Source: Candidatus Omnitrophota bacterium (GTDB lineage: Bacteria; Omnitrophota; Gorgyraeia; Velamenicoccales; Velamenicoccaceae). From it: a DNA stretch of 63,275 bases. Of this stretch, positions 8,584 to 16,597 are shown piece by piece. How positions within the stretch are numbered: position 1 is the stretch's first letter; each line of letters starts with the position of its first letter. The DNA is taken from assembly GCA_043802125.1 (NCBI GenBank), contig JAZDLG010000036.1, forward strand, positions 1 to 63,275, given 5' to 3'. The position numbers were made by a program, and so were the translations under genes. Under the pieces are notes generated by a model. It saw only the letters and a list, made by a program, of their open reading frames with translations, searched no databases and was not told the origin of the DNA.

Positions 8584-9109
8584 GATATACCGCCTCAACA
8601 ACCATATCAACTTTCAGCATTATGTCGGTTTTTTTCTGTTGGTCGGCGCCGATGGGGCCAAGTGATACGGACCTTATCCTGATCAACATCTCAGAAGTCT
8701 CGATATTTTTGGCAAACTTCATAAAATCGCTATAAGTAGCCTCCCCGCTCAAAGCAAGAGGTATCAAGATATAATTTTTTTCATCTCTCTTTTCACCGGG
8801 AGAAATATCCCTGAGCTTGACCTGCGATTCAAGTCCGACGTTATATACCTTTTCTATGATCCGGTTGGTGTCTGAGGTATCCCAACCCTTGGTTTTGAGC
8901 TTTTTTATTTTTTCATTCACAGCCACTATACGGCTCAACGTTTCGCCCTTTTCTTCTTCTGTCTTAATATTGTCAGTTAACTTACTATATTTCAACATCT
9001 GTTGCCGATAAAAGCTCCTGGATATGACGATAGAAAGAATGATAATGACTACGATCACGATCTGATCGCGCTTATTCTTGACTATTTGGGCATAGTTTAC
9101 GTCAGCCAT
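8576..9109 (-). CDS. PilO-like pilus assembly protein
   Basis: Single N-terminal TM, a coiled-coil segment and a C-terminal ferredoxin-like region. It follows the PilM-PilN gene. Confidence 0.45.
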   Translation of the reverse strand: MADVNYAQIVKNKRDQIVIVVIIILSIVISRSFYRQQMLKYSKLTDNIKTEEEKGETLSRIVAVNEKIKKLKTKGWDTSDTNRIIEKVYNVGLESQVKLRDISPGEKRDEKNYILIPLALSGEATYSDFMKFAKNIETSEMLIRIRSVSLGPIGADQQKKTDIMLKVDMVVEAVYLK

Positions 9110-9112
9110 TAT

Positions 9113-10741
9113 TTATATTCCGCCTATGGTCGCTATTTTTTCGCTTTTATTTTCACAAGTTACGTCAAACTGCATGTAATAGACTTTGCCTACGTTAACC
9201 TCGCGATATGATTTTAGTTCTATTGAAGGCGTATCCTTAGAGAAATCATTGTTTCCTTTAAGATTCAAGATAAATTTATTTATATTTTCTGACCTCATCT
9301 TCTGATCCGCATCATAAGAATAACAATGAAATTTCAGCGAATGTGGATTAGCGGAATAATCCAGCCCGGTCAACCATACGCCGGTCGGCATCAATCTTGA
9401 CAAAAGCAGGACCTTTTTATAGAAAAATGTGTTGTTAACTACCAATTTGCTGAAATCCCTTTGCTTTTCATTGAAAACCCTCTCGCTGGACTGAATACTC
9501 TCCAGGCTTGAGAGATCTACGCCCGGCAAAAGAGGCAGCTGTTTGACAGAAGCTGTGGCAAGCTGTTTTTCTAATGGAAATAGCTTTGAGAAACTCATGC
9601 CATAACCGGCGAGAAAGATCGCAACTCCTATTGCGAGGCCTTTCAAAATAGATGCTTTTGACTGTTTTAAAAAATCTGTAAATAAGACCTGCAGGTCTTC
9701 ACCCGAAGGTGCCGCTGCAGCCAAAGCTAATTTATCTGCTTTTTCTTTGGCTTTCCCGAGATTAAGTGTCACCAGAGACGGCCGCTCTATCCGAAGAGCA
9801 GCTCCATATGCCTTGGCTATATCTGATAACATATCTTCCTTGACGTCCTTTATCTTAAACAGGTCGTTAAGCGCTACAAAACTTACTTTAAGCCCCAATT
9901 CTTTGCTAAAATTGTCCACCCATGAACTATAACTTTTATTGGATATGACGATCATCTCGTCAATATCCCTTTTCATAAACTGCCTTCTATAGTAATCAAG
10001 CGATACTCTCACTTCATTGATAAGCCTAAAGAGAATGGCGTCAAATCCCTCATCCTCTTTAACGGCAGAGGCCGTGGAGATAAGTTTGATATCCCTGGTG
10101 AAATAAGGAAAACCTTTCTCCGCTATCAGGATATTCGCTTCTTGTTGATCGAACTCCAGGATAACGTAAGACTTTGTACTCAAGATCTTATTTTTAATGA
10201 CAAGAAGCCTGAAAAGACTGAATAGCGCAGGTTCAAAAGCTACGACGTTTAAATTAAGCTGCCTGAACAATCCTATATACTTATCAATAGGGTCTTGCTT
10301 GATGCCGCATAATACTACTTCAATGATATTGGCCTTTTGCTTTACGCGATACTGAAAATCATAGGCTAGTTCTTCTATCTTGAAAGGTATGTATTTCTTC
10401 ATCTCAAAATTAATACCCGCCAATACCTCAGACCTGGGTATATTGGGCATTTCAAAAAATCTGATTATAAGGTCTTTTGGCGGAAGAGCCACTACGACGC
10501 TTGACGTATCGATCCTGCTGTCTCTGATCGATTTTTGCAAAAAGGCGATCATTTCCGTTTCTTTATTTTTAAAAAGTTCAAATATATCATCAGAAAAAAT
10601 ACCCGTTGTGTCCTCGCGCTTTACAGGATAGGGCACACCCAATTGATTTTTTATTTTTCCCGCGGCCTGCTGGATGATGACCATACCTTTAGAGCTAAAG
10701 AAAAGCCCGGCTACATCTTTTTTAAAAAAATTGGCCAGCAT
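9113..10741 (-). CDS. PilM-PilN fusion protein
   Basis: The first ~330 aa are an actin-like PilM-type region. This is followed by a TM helix (GLAIGVAIFLAGYG) and a PilN-like C-terminus (LMPTGVWLTGLDY). An SD AAGGTGAGGG lies upstream. Confidence 0.6.
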   Translation of the reverse strand: MLANFFKKDVAGLFFSSKGMVIIQQAAGKIKNQLGVPYPVKREDTTGIFSDDIFELFKNKETEMIAFLQKSIRDSRIDTSSVVVALPPKDLIIRFFEMPNIPRSEVLAGINFEMKKYIPFKIEELAYDFQYRVKQKANIIEVVLCGIKQDPIDKYIGLFRQLNLNVVAFEPALFSLFRLLVIKNKILSTKSYVILEFDQQEANILIAEKGFPYFTRDIKLISTASAVKEDEGFDAILFRLINEVRVSLDYYRRQFMKRDIDEMIVISNKSYSSWVDNFSKELGLKVSFVALNDLFKIKDVKEDMLSDIAKAYGAALRIERPSLVTLNLGKAKEKADKLALAAAAPSGEDLQVLFTDFLKQSKASILKGLAIGVAIFLAGYGMSFSKLFPLEKQLATASVKQLPLLPGVDLSSLESIQSSERVFNEKQRDFSKLVVNNTFFYKKVLLLSRLMPTGVWLTGLDYSANPHSLKFHCYSYDADQKMRSENINKFILNLKGNNDFSKDTPSIELKSYREVNVGKVYYMQFDVTCENKSEKIATIGGI

Positions 10742-10750
10742 ACCCTCACC

Positions 10751-10834
10751 TTAATGAGCACATCAGTTATGGAGCGTTAGCAAACATAACTGATAAGTGC
10801 GAATTAATCCCGTACCCGAAGGGTATCGGGATCT
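10751..10834 (+). repeat. intergenic element family E, copy E1
   Basis: AATGA, P1 GCAC/GTGC, P2 ATCAGTTATG/CATAACTGAT (loop GAGCGTTAGCAAA), GAATTAA, then P3 TCCCGTACCC-gaa-GGGTATCGGGATCT. Confidence 0.85.
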
Positions 10835-10846
10835 ACTGTAGGTTTT

Positions 10847-11029
10847 TTACCTTATCTTTGCCCTTCTGTAATTAGACCTAAGCCACTTATCTACTTCTTT
10901 CTTATCAAAACGCCAGACTCCGCCCACCTTGATCCCGGATATCTTACTCTCGTGGAGCCAATTGTAGATAGTCTGTTTCTTGAGCCGTAAATATCCCGCC
11001 AATTCCTCTAGATCCATAAGACTGTACAT
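10847..11029 (-). CDS. excisionase/MerR-type helix-turn-helix DNA-binding protein
   Basis: LEELAGYLRLKKQTIYNWLHESKISGIKVGGVWRFDKKEVDKWL matches the excisionase-family HTH pattern. It is the first gene after the promoter at 11077-11105. Confidence 0.7.
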   Translation of the reverse strand: MYSLMDLEELAGYLRLKKQTIYNWLHESKISGIKVGGVWRFDKKEVDKWLRSNYRRAKIR

Positions 11030-11076
11030 AACAAAACTCCGCAGATCCTATTGATGAACACTTTTACGTCAAATTA

Positions 11077-11105
11077 ATTAAATCATAATATAATTACTTT
11101 GTCAA
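11077..11105 (-). promoter_or_regulatory. sigma70-like promoter heading the HTH-pilMNOPQBC operon
   Basis: Minus strand: TTGACA, 17 nt, TTTAAT, in an AT-rich 270-bp gap. A GGAG SD lies 9 nt before the HTH ATG. Confidence 0.55.
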
Positions 11106-11300
11106 TAAAATTTTTATATAGACTTACTTATACTTACTTTGAGTCCTCCAATGTGCACCGAAGGTGCGTTCAGCGAAATCTTGAGTACCAAAATGTATAA
11201 TTTTAGCGAAACCCCGCTCTAGCGGGCCCCGCGGGTTTTGCGGCGATTTAATCAGGAGCGCTTTAGTATCAGTATCTATCAGGAATATCTTAGGTAGGAA

Positions 11301-11648
11301 CTACCAGCTTGCTGAATAATTGAAGGTGGAATTAAGACGCGTAGTGCCAAAAACACCCGCGCCTGGCTCACTCGTAATGGAAGTAGGCGTTCTCCAGGCA
11401 GTGGGCGTTCCGCTTACAGCATCATACGTCCATTCTACGCTTGGTGTCGCTATCGCCTCCCCTCTGGAAAGACTATCAAAAGCAGCTACGGCACCTGATT
11501 CAGCGACATAGTATCCTTTGACGCGGCGTATATGGGTTTCCATAAGGCGGGTCTGCGAAGAAACGATGGTCAGGGTAATCCCAGCTAAAATAGTGAAGAT
11601 GAGCACAAAAAGAAGCACATTGATGATAGCAAGAGCTCGGCGTGTCAT
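11301..11648 (-). CDS. PilX-N-like minor pseudopilin
   Basis: N-terminus MTRRALAIINVLLFVLIFTILAGITLTIVSSQTRL...YYVAESG resembles the PilX_N / GspK-type N-terminus. Confidence 0.45.
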   Translation of the reverse strand: MTRRALAIINVLLFVLIFTILAGITLTIVSSQTRLMETHIRRVKGYYVAESGAVAAFDSLSRGEAIATPSVEWTYDAVSGTPTAWRTPTSITSEPGAGVFGTTRLNSTFNYSASW

Positions 11649-11653
11649 CGTCT

Positions 11654-11854
11654 TTATTTTCTCAAAGATATCCTATAATCGCCATCCCCTTTAATAAGGA
11701 CAATATGGCCTTCCCGGGCAAGCCAACCCATGCTCATCAAAAGCAGCTCTCTTGATTTATCAATATGTTTTACCATCTCTGAAAAAAGCACTTCTCCGTG
11801 CGCGTCAAGATAATGCCAGATGTCTCCTGCAGCGATGCCGATTTCCGTGATCAT
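11654..11854 (-). CDS. winged-helix protein, DUF2582-like
   Basis: IAAGDIWHYLDAHGEVLFSEMVKHIDKSRELLLMSMGWLAREGHIVL matches my memory of the DUF2582 wHTH family. There is a 4-nt overlap with the upstream gene. Confidence 0.55.
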   Translation of the reverse strand: MITEIGIAAGDIWHYLDAHGEVLFSEMVKHIDKSRELLLMSMGWLAREGHIVLIKGDGDYRISLRK

Positions 11855-12099
11855 ATATCACCCCCGGCTTTTTTTATTGTTTTCTGATTAAAACTTCCGC
11901 ACAATGGACACGAGCTTATATTGGAAGCCTTGGATTCAAAATACACATAAAAACAAGTAGAACATTGCCAGATCTGATCGTTCCTTAAAGCCCTTTGCCT
12001 GACGGCCGATCTTTTATCATACAGCCAAAAAAACAAGAACAAGATCAACTGACCACATAAATAATAACAGATAAGGATAGAAAAATCAATTTTAAACAT
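11851..12099 (-). CDS. small membrane protein with C-terminal zinc ribbon
   Basis: A TM helix (ILICYYLCGQLILFLFFWLY) followed by CSTC...CPLCG. The first 19 codons of the track ORF run through repeat E2, so the ATG at 12099 is preferred. Confidence 0.4.
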   Translation of the reverse strand: MFKIDFSILICYYLCGQLILFLFFWLYDKRSAVRQRALRNDQIWQCSTCFYVYFESKASNISSCPLCGSFNQKTIKKAGGDI

Positions 12100-12217
12100 T
12101 AAATGAGCAGACGACTTATAGCTCGCCCTACCGTAGGTAGGGGAACAACGAGACATAAGTCGTAGGCGTAAGCCGTCTGCGAATTAATCCCGTGACCGTT
12201 TTTTGGTCATCGGGATG
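12099..12217 (+). repeat. intergenic element family E, copy E2 (extra nested hairpin)
   Basis: AAATGA, P1 GCAG/CTGC, P2 ACGACTTAT/ATAAGTCGT enclosing the extra hairpin CCCTACC-gtag-GGTAGGG, GAATTAA, then P3 TCCCGTGACC-gtttttt-GGTCATCGGGAT. Confidence 0.85.
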
Positions 12218-12222
12218 TACAC

Positions 12223-12885
12223 CTACTTTATCTTAAACCGCACATCCACCACCGCTTCTTCTTTCTCAGGGACAGCCAGAAACCGCGCGTTTTTTAATTT
12301 TAACATTAAATAAAAATCCAAAATTGGGTCTCCACAACCCGTTATTTTTTTAATAGATCTTACCTCTCCGTTCCTATACAGAGTTATCTTAAATACAACT
12401 GCGCCGAAAAGATCTTCTCTTGAAGCCATTCTTTTCAAATCTGAAAAATCAACGTTAGCAACATAACGTGAAAAATCTGAAAAACCAAAAGATACCTGCC
12501 GGCCTAAAAGTGCCCCACCTATGGTCTGAGGCGGCGTCGCTTTCGTCTCATCCCGCGCCAAAGGCACAGCTTTGAGAAGCACCTTCGGTTTATAAACTTG
12601 CTGAAAAGACCTATCAAAATATGAATCCTGTGCCAGGCCCTGCCTGGTTTTATCGCTTACAAAGGAGATCTTCTTGGGCCGTAGCTGCGCACTTTCTGTC
12701 TGTTGCAAAGGCACTAGATCCTGGTCCTTGAGAAGCGCGCCTAAAAAAAAAGTGGAAGATCCCGGCGCGGTAAATACCGAGCAGCTCAAAACCGGGACAA
12801 TAATAAAGATCAAAGAAATATGCCATAACAAAGAAATAGAAAGCCCGAAAGAAAGGAAATCCTGGTGTGGGGCGCTATCATTCAT
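12223..12885 (-). CDS. TonB/TolA-like energy transducer
   Basis: N-terminal TM anchor, a linker and a C-terminal TonB_C-like domain (VVFKITLYRNGEVRSIKKITGCGDPILDFYL...VDVRFKI). It overlaps exbD by 8 nt. Confidence 0.5.
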   Translation of the reverse strand: MNDSAPHQDFLSFGLSISLLWHISLIFIIVPVLSCSVFTAPGSSTFFLGALLKDQDLVPLQQTESAQLRPKKISFVSDKTRQGLAQDSYFDRSFQQVYKPKVLLKAVPLARDETKATPPQTIGGALLGRQVSFGFSDFSRYVANVDFSDLKRMASREDLFGAVVFKITLYRNGEVRSIKKITGCGDPILDFYLMLKLKNARFLAVPEKEEAVVDVRFKIK

Positions 12886-13276
12886 TAGTTGCTATACTGA
12901 CTTTAAAAACACCTGCCTGCCTAAAAATATCCCAGACCTTGACCAAAGCCCCAACACTTGCCCTGCGATCTACCTTGATCAAGACCTGTTGCATCTTATC
13001 CTGCGATGCTTTGACAAAATGTACCAGCTCCTGATGGGAGACATTCTTTGAATCCAGGTAAATCGTATCATTCTTTAAAATAATAACTGTGATATCTTTA
13101 TGAGACAGGGGTTCGCCTGTAATAGCCCGTGGCAAGACTACGGAAAGACCCGTGGGATTTGAGAAGACAGGCAAAAAAAGGACGAATATCAAGAGTATTA
13201 AAAGGCAGTTGAGCAACGCCAAAAGAGATACAAATCTGAAATTACGGCTGACGACAGGGGCCCTAGCGAATCTCAC
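12878..13276 (-). CDS. exbD: ExbD/TolR family biopolymer transport protein
   Basis: Single TM followed by a periplasmic ExbD fold (ITVIILKNDTIYLDSKNVSHQELVHFV...VLIKVDRRASVGALVKV). Confidence 0.8.
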   Translation of the reverse strand: MRFARAPVVSRNFRFVSLLALLNCLLILLIFVLFLPVFSNPTGLSVVLPRAITGEPLSHKDITVIILKNDTIYLDSKNVSHQELVHFVKASQDKMQQVLIKVDRRASVGALVKVWDIFRQAGVFKVSIATNE

Positions 13277-13968
13277 ACCGACATCCTCCTGTCAATGAGA
13301 AAAATAAGAAGGTCACTGGCCCCCCTCTCTATCTCTTCTTGAGCTGACTTCAGGCGCCCCATCAAATAATTATAGGCGAACAAAACTGAAACTGTGACGA
13401 AAAAACCTGACGTTGTACAGATCAAAGCCTCCCAGATACCTATTGCCACATCCCCTCCCAAAAGAGGGGTAAAAGAAATGCCTTTGGCTTGAATGGTCAA
13501 AAATATCTTTATCATACCGACAAGCGTACCCAAAAACCCCAAGAGAGGTACAATCTGAATAATGGTAGACAGCATAGAAAGATTTTCTTCAAGAATAGGC
13601 GCTTCATAAAGAAAAGAATTTTCCATAGCCTCTTTTATCTCATCTTTTGAACTGTCATACTTCATAATGCCCTCTTTCAAGACTCTGGATAAAGGAGTAT
13701 TGGATCGCTCGCATAGATCAATGGCCTCTTTGATCCTCTGCCTTTCAATGCGTTCAAATATATCGCTAATGAATTTTTCAACAGGCGCGCCGTATTTAGA
13801 AAATTGCCTCACCTTGGAAAGAACAATAGCAAAAGCAAAAATAGAAGACAGAATGATAGGCACCATGACAGGCCCGCCCTTATGGAACAGATCTACGCCG
13901 ATAAATATAAAATAAGAAACCGCGATACTTAAAATAACAAGGACTACTTTTAGTATTTTATCTTTCAT
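13273..13968 (-). CDS. exbB: MotA/TolQ/ExbB proton-channel protein
   Basis: Three TM segments and the conserved C-terminal channel region (IVPLLGFLGTLVGMI...GGDVAIGIWEALICTTSG). The ATG at 13968 (MKDKILK) is preferred because the track N-terminus overlaps the TPR gene. Confidence 0.85.
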   Translation of the reverse strand: MKDKILKVVLVILSIAVSYFIFIGVDLFHKGGPVMVPIILSSIFAFAIVLSKVRQFSKYGAPVEKFISDIFERIERQRIKEAIDLCERSNTPLSRVLKEGIMKYDSSKDEIKEAMENSFLYEAPILEENLSMLSTIIQIVPLLGFLGTLVGMIKIFLTIQAKGISFTPLLGGDVAIGIWEALICTTSGFFVTVSVLFAYNYLMGRLKSAQEEIERGASDLLIFLIDRRMSV

Positions 13969-13990
13969 TGATTTTGCCTCATAAAGGAGT

Positions 13991-16474
13991 CTATTTGTCC
14001 AACCTGCTGTCTTGCTGTAGCCCTGCGAGCTTTTCTTTGGCATATTTAGCCTCGGGCACGTTATAGGCTGCTATCTTCTCCAATATATTCTTTAGTTCTC
14101 TCAAGTTTTCTTTGTTCTCATAGACCCTGGCGACGCGTAAGAGGGCCTTTACAACCCATGCATCCTGCTCGGGATAAAGATAAGATACCTTTAAGTAAGC
14201 TTCCAGCGCATCCTGAGTCGCTCCTTGTTCCTCAAGAAGCGAGGCTAAGTTAAACTGGATCTCGGCATTTGATTCCGTGCCTTCAATTGCCAATGCCTTA
14301 TCTAAAAACGCGACTGCTTCTTTATAAAGCTTTTTCTTTCTATAGACAGACGCAGTTTTAACGCAAGCAGTCTTTCCAAATCCACAACCGACAGAAACTG
14401 CCTCCTGGTAATTTCTTAACGCACTATCCAGGTCAAGCCTAAGAGCATAAATATCTCCGATAAAAAGATAGGCCTTAGCTAAGGTCCCTTTTTTGCCATA
14501 ATCTTTAGCCTGCCGGAAGTTCGTCAGAGCCCTATCCTGATTTCCTTCTCCCATGAAGCTGACGCCCATTTCTAAAAAAGCGTCTGCGATAAATTCATGC
14601 TGCGGATAGTTTCTGATCAATCTCTCAAAATATTTCCTGGCTGAAATGTAATCTTTTTTTTCTAAATATAACTCACCCAGCCAAAAAATTATATCCGGAG
14701 AAAGGTTAGAATCCGGATTGCGGGCGATAAAATCAGCGAACCTCTTGTCGGCTTCAGCCTCATTGCCCATTTGCGCGTAAGCGCTTGCGATCTCGTATTC
14801 CGCCTTCTGGCGCAGTGCCTCTGAACCTAAAGCCCCTTTTAAAATATACGAGAAAACATCTACAGCGTCTTTCCACCTGGAAAGATTCAAGAGAGCTTCG
14901 CCTAAAAGAAAAACAGCCTCGGGCCTATAAGAAGAATCTTTAAAGTGGTCTGAAAAATCTTTAAGCTGTTCCGCGGCGGCAGAGAAATCACCCTTCTGAA
15001 AATACGCTACGCCGATAAAATAATTGGCGCCATCTATCAGTTTTGAATCCGGATAGTCTTTTAAGAGCTTGCGAAAGGCCAGAATAGCCGAATCCAGGTC
15101 ATCGGTCTTTAGCCAGGTCATACCAAGCTGATATTGGACATAATCATTGTAAACGCTGTCCGGATAATCCTCCAGGAAACCGCGATATGTCTCAACCGCC
15201 TTTTTATATTCACCGGCATCCTGATACGCGTCACCCATCTGGCATAACGCGCTTAATTTGAAGATCTTGTCGGTTGATAAAGAAGCTACCTTCTGGAACT
15301 CATCCACTGCCGACCTGAAATCACCCACCTTTAAATAAGACCAGGCGAGGCCATAGTGGATCTTGTCCCTGAGTTCCTTGCTATCCGCATAGCCGCCTAC
15401 AGCGACTTTTAACTTATCTAAAGATATCCTATAGGCAATAATGGCATCCTGGAAACGAGTAAGATTATATAATGCCTCGGCCCTTCCAAAATAGGCAATA
15501 GGCGCATATTCACCCTCTTTATCTTTTGCGATGACATTATCAAAAAGCTCAAGCGATACCTCAAAAGACCCCAAGCCGCTTTCTAAAACGGCCCTGCCCA
15601 GCGTCACACCCAAAGGCTGGCCCTCATCACCTTCAAATTTTGAAAAGACCTCTTTGGCTTCTTGAAATCTCTTTACCCTAAGATATGACCATCCCATGCC
15701 GATCTGTGAAAGTAAATTCATTTCTTCATCTACAGAAGCACTCTGCGAATCACGATAAGCGGTAATAGCCTCATCGTAAAGTTCCAGGTAAAAATTAGCT
15801 TCACCTAAATAGAAGTAGGCGCGATTCAACAATTTAGAATCTGGGTACGAAGACACAAAAACCGATAATTCTTTCTTTAAGTCAGCGTAATCCCTCGTCA
15901 TATAAAGCGTTTCACAAATACCAAAAATGGCTTCCTCAACTACAGCCGCATCCTTAAAATGGGTGGAAATAAAGCGGTACGTATCCCGGGCTTCCTGTAA
16001 TTTAGCATCGTTCATCTGAGCCAATGCGAGAGATTTATGCGCGGCGAGATAATAAGAAGATTCCTTATAGTTATTTGTCAATTGTTTATAGAATTCCGCG
16101 GCCTGCTTGTAATCTCTTCCCCTGGAATAGACCTCACCCAACCAAAACAAGACCTTATCTTTGATGCGCTCGGCACCATCCATCTTTAAGAGAACTTCAA
16201 ATTGGTCAAGGGCTTTAAGATATTTCTCCTGGTAGAAATAACACTGTCCGGTATAAAGCAACGCTTCAGGTTTTTTATCGCTTGAAATATACGTTTTTAA
16301 AAAACGTTCAAACATTGCCATGGAGACGTCATAAAAGCCGTCTTCATAGGCCTTCGCGGCTACATAAAAAGCATCCTCTTCTTTTTTGTTGAAGTCCGCA
16401 GCCTCTATGCTGTTCAAACAAAAAAGACTCAAAACAACCAGTAAGGATATTTTAAAATATATTTTCATCATCAC
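13991..16474 (-). CDS. secreted multi-TPR protein (YbgF/CpoB/BamD-like repeats)
   Basis: Signal peptide followed by roughly 20 TPR-like units. It has repeated F..F...YPDS......A.Y.LG signatures. Confidence 0.85.
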   Translation of the reverse strand: MMMKIYFKISLLVVLSLFCLNSIEAADFNKKEEDAFYVAAKAYEDGFYDVSMAMFERFLKTYISSDKKPEALLYTGQCYFYQEKYLKALDQFEVLLKMDGAERIKDKVLFWLGEVYSRGRDYKQAAEFYKQLTNNYKESSYYLAAHKSLALAQMNDAKLQEARDTYRFISTHFKDAAVVEEAIFGICETLYMTRDYADLKKELSVFVSSYPDSKLLNRAYFYLGEANFYLELYDEAITAYRDSQSASVDEEMNLLSQIGMGWSYLRVKRFQEAKEVFSKFEGDEGQPLGVTLGRAVLESGLGSFEVSLELFDNVIAKDKEGEYAPIAYFGRAEALYNLTRFQDAIIAYRISLDKLKVAVGGYADSKELRDKIHYGLAWSYLKVGDFRSAVDEFQKVASLSTDKIFKLSALCQMGDAYQDAGEYKKAVETYRGFLEDYPDSVYNDYVQYQLGMTWLKTDDLDSAILAFRKLLKDYPDSKLIDGANYFIGVAYFQKGDFSAAAEQLKDFSDHFKDSSYRPEAVFLLGEALLNLSRWKDAVDVFSYILKGALGSEALRQKAEYEIASAYAQMGNEAEADKRFADFIARNPDSNLSPDIIFWLGELYLEKKDYISARKYFERLIRNYPQHEFIADAFLEMGVSFMGEGNQDRALTNFRQAKDYGKKGTLAKAYLFIGDIYALRLDLDSALRNYQEAVSVGCGFGKTACVKTASVYRKKKLYKEAVAFLDKALAIEGTESNAEIQFNLASLLEEQGATQDALEAYLKVSYLYPEQDAWVVKALLRVARVYENKENLRELKNILEKIAAYNVPEAKYAKEKLAGLQQDSRLDK

Positions 16475-16597
16475 GGGTATTCCCGCTTACGCGATGGTCC
16501 TGCTAACGCAGGATATCGCTAAATAATTGCGTTAATGTGCTCAATTTCGCTGAACTAATACATTATGGTGCTCAATTTTCCTATTAACTATAAAATT

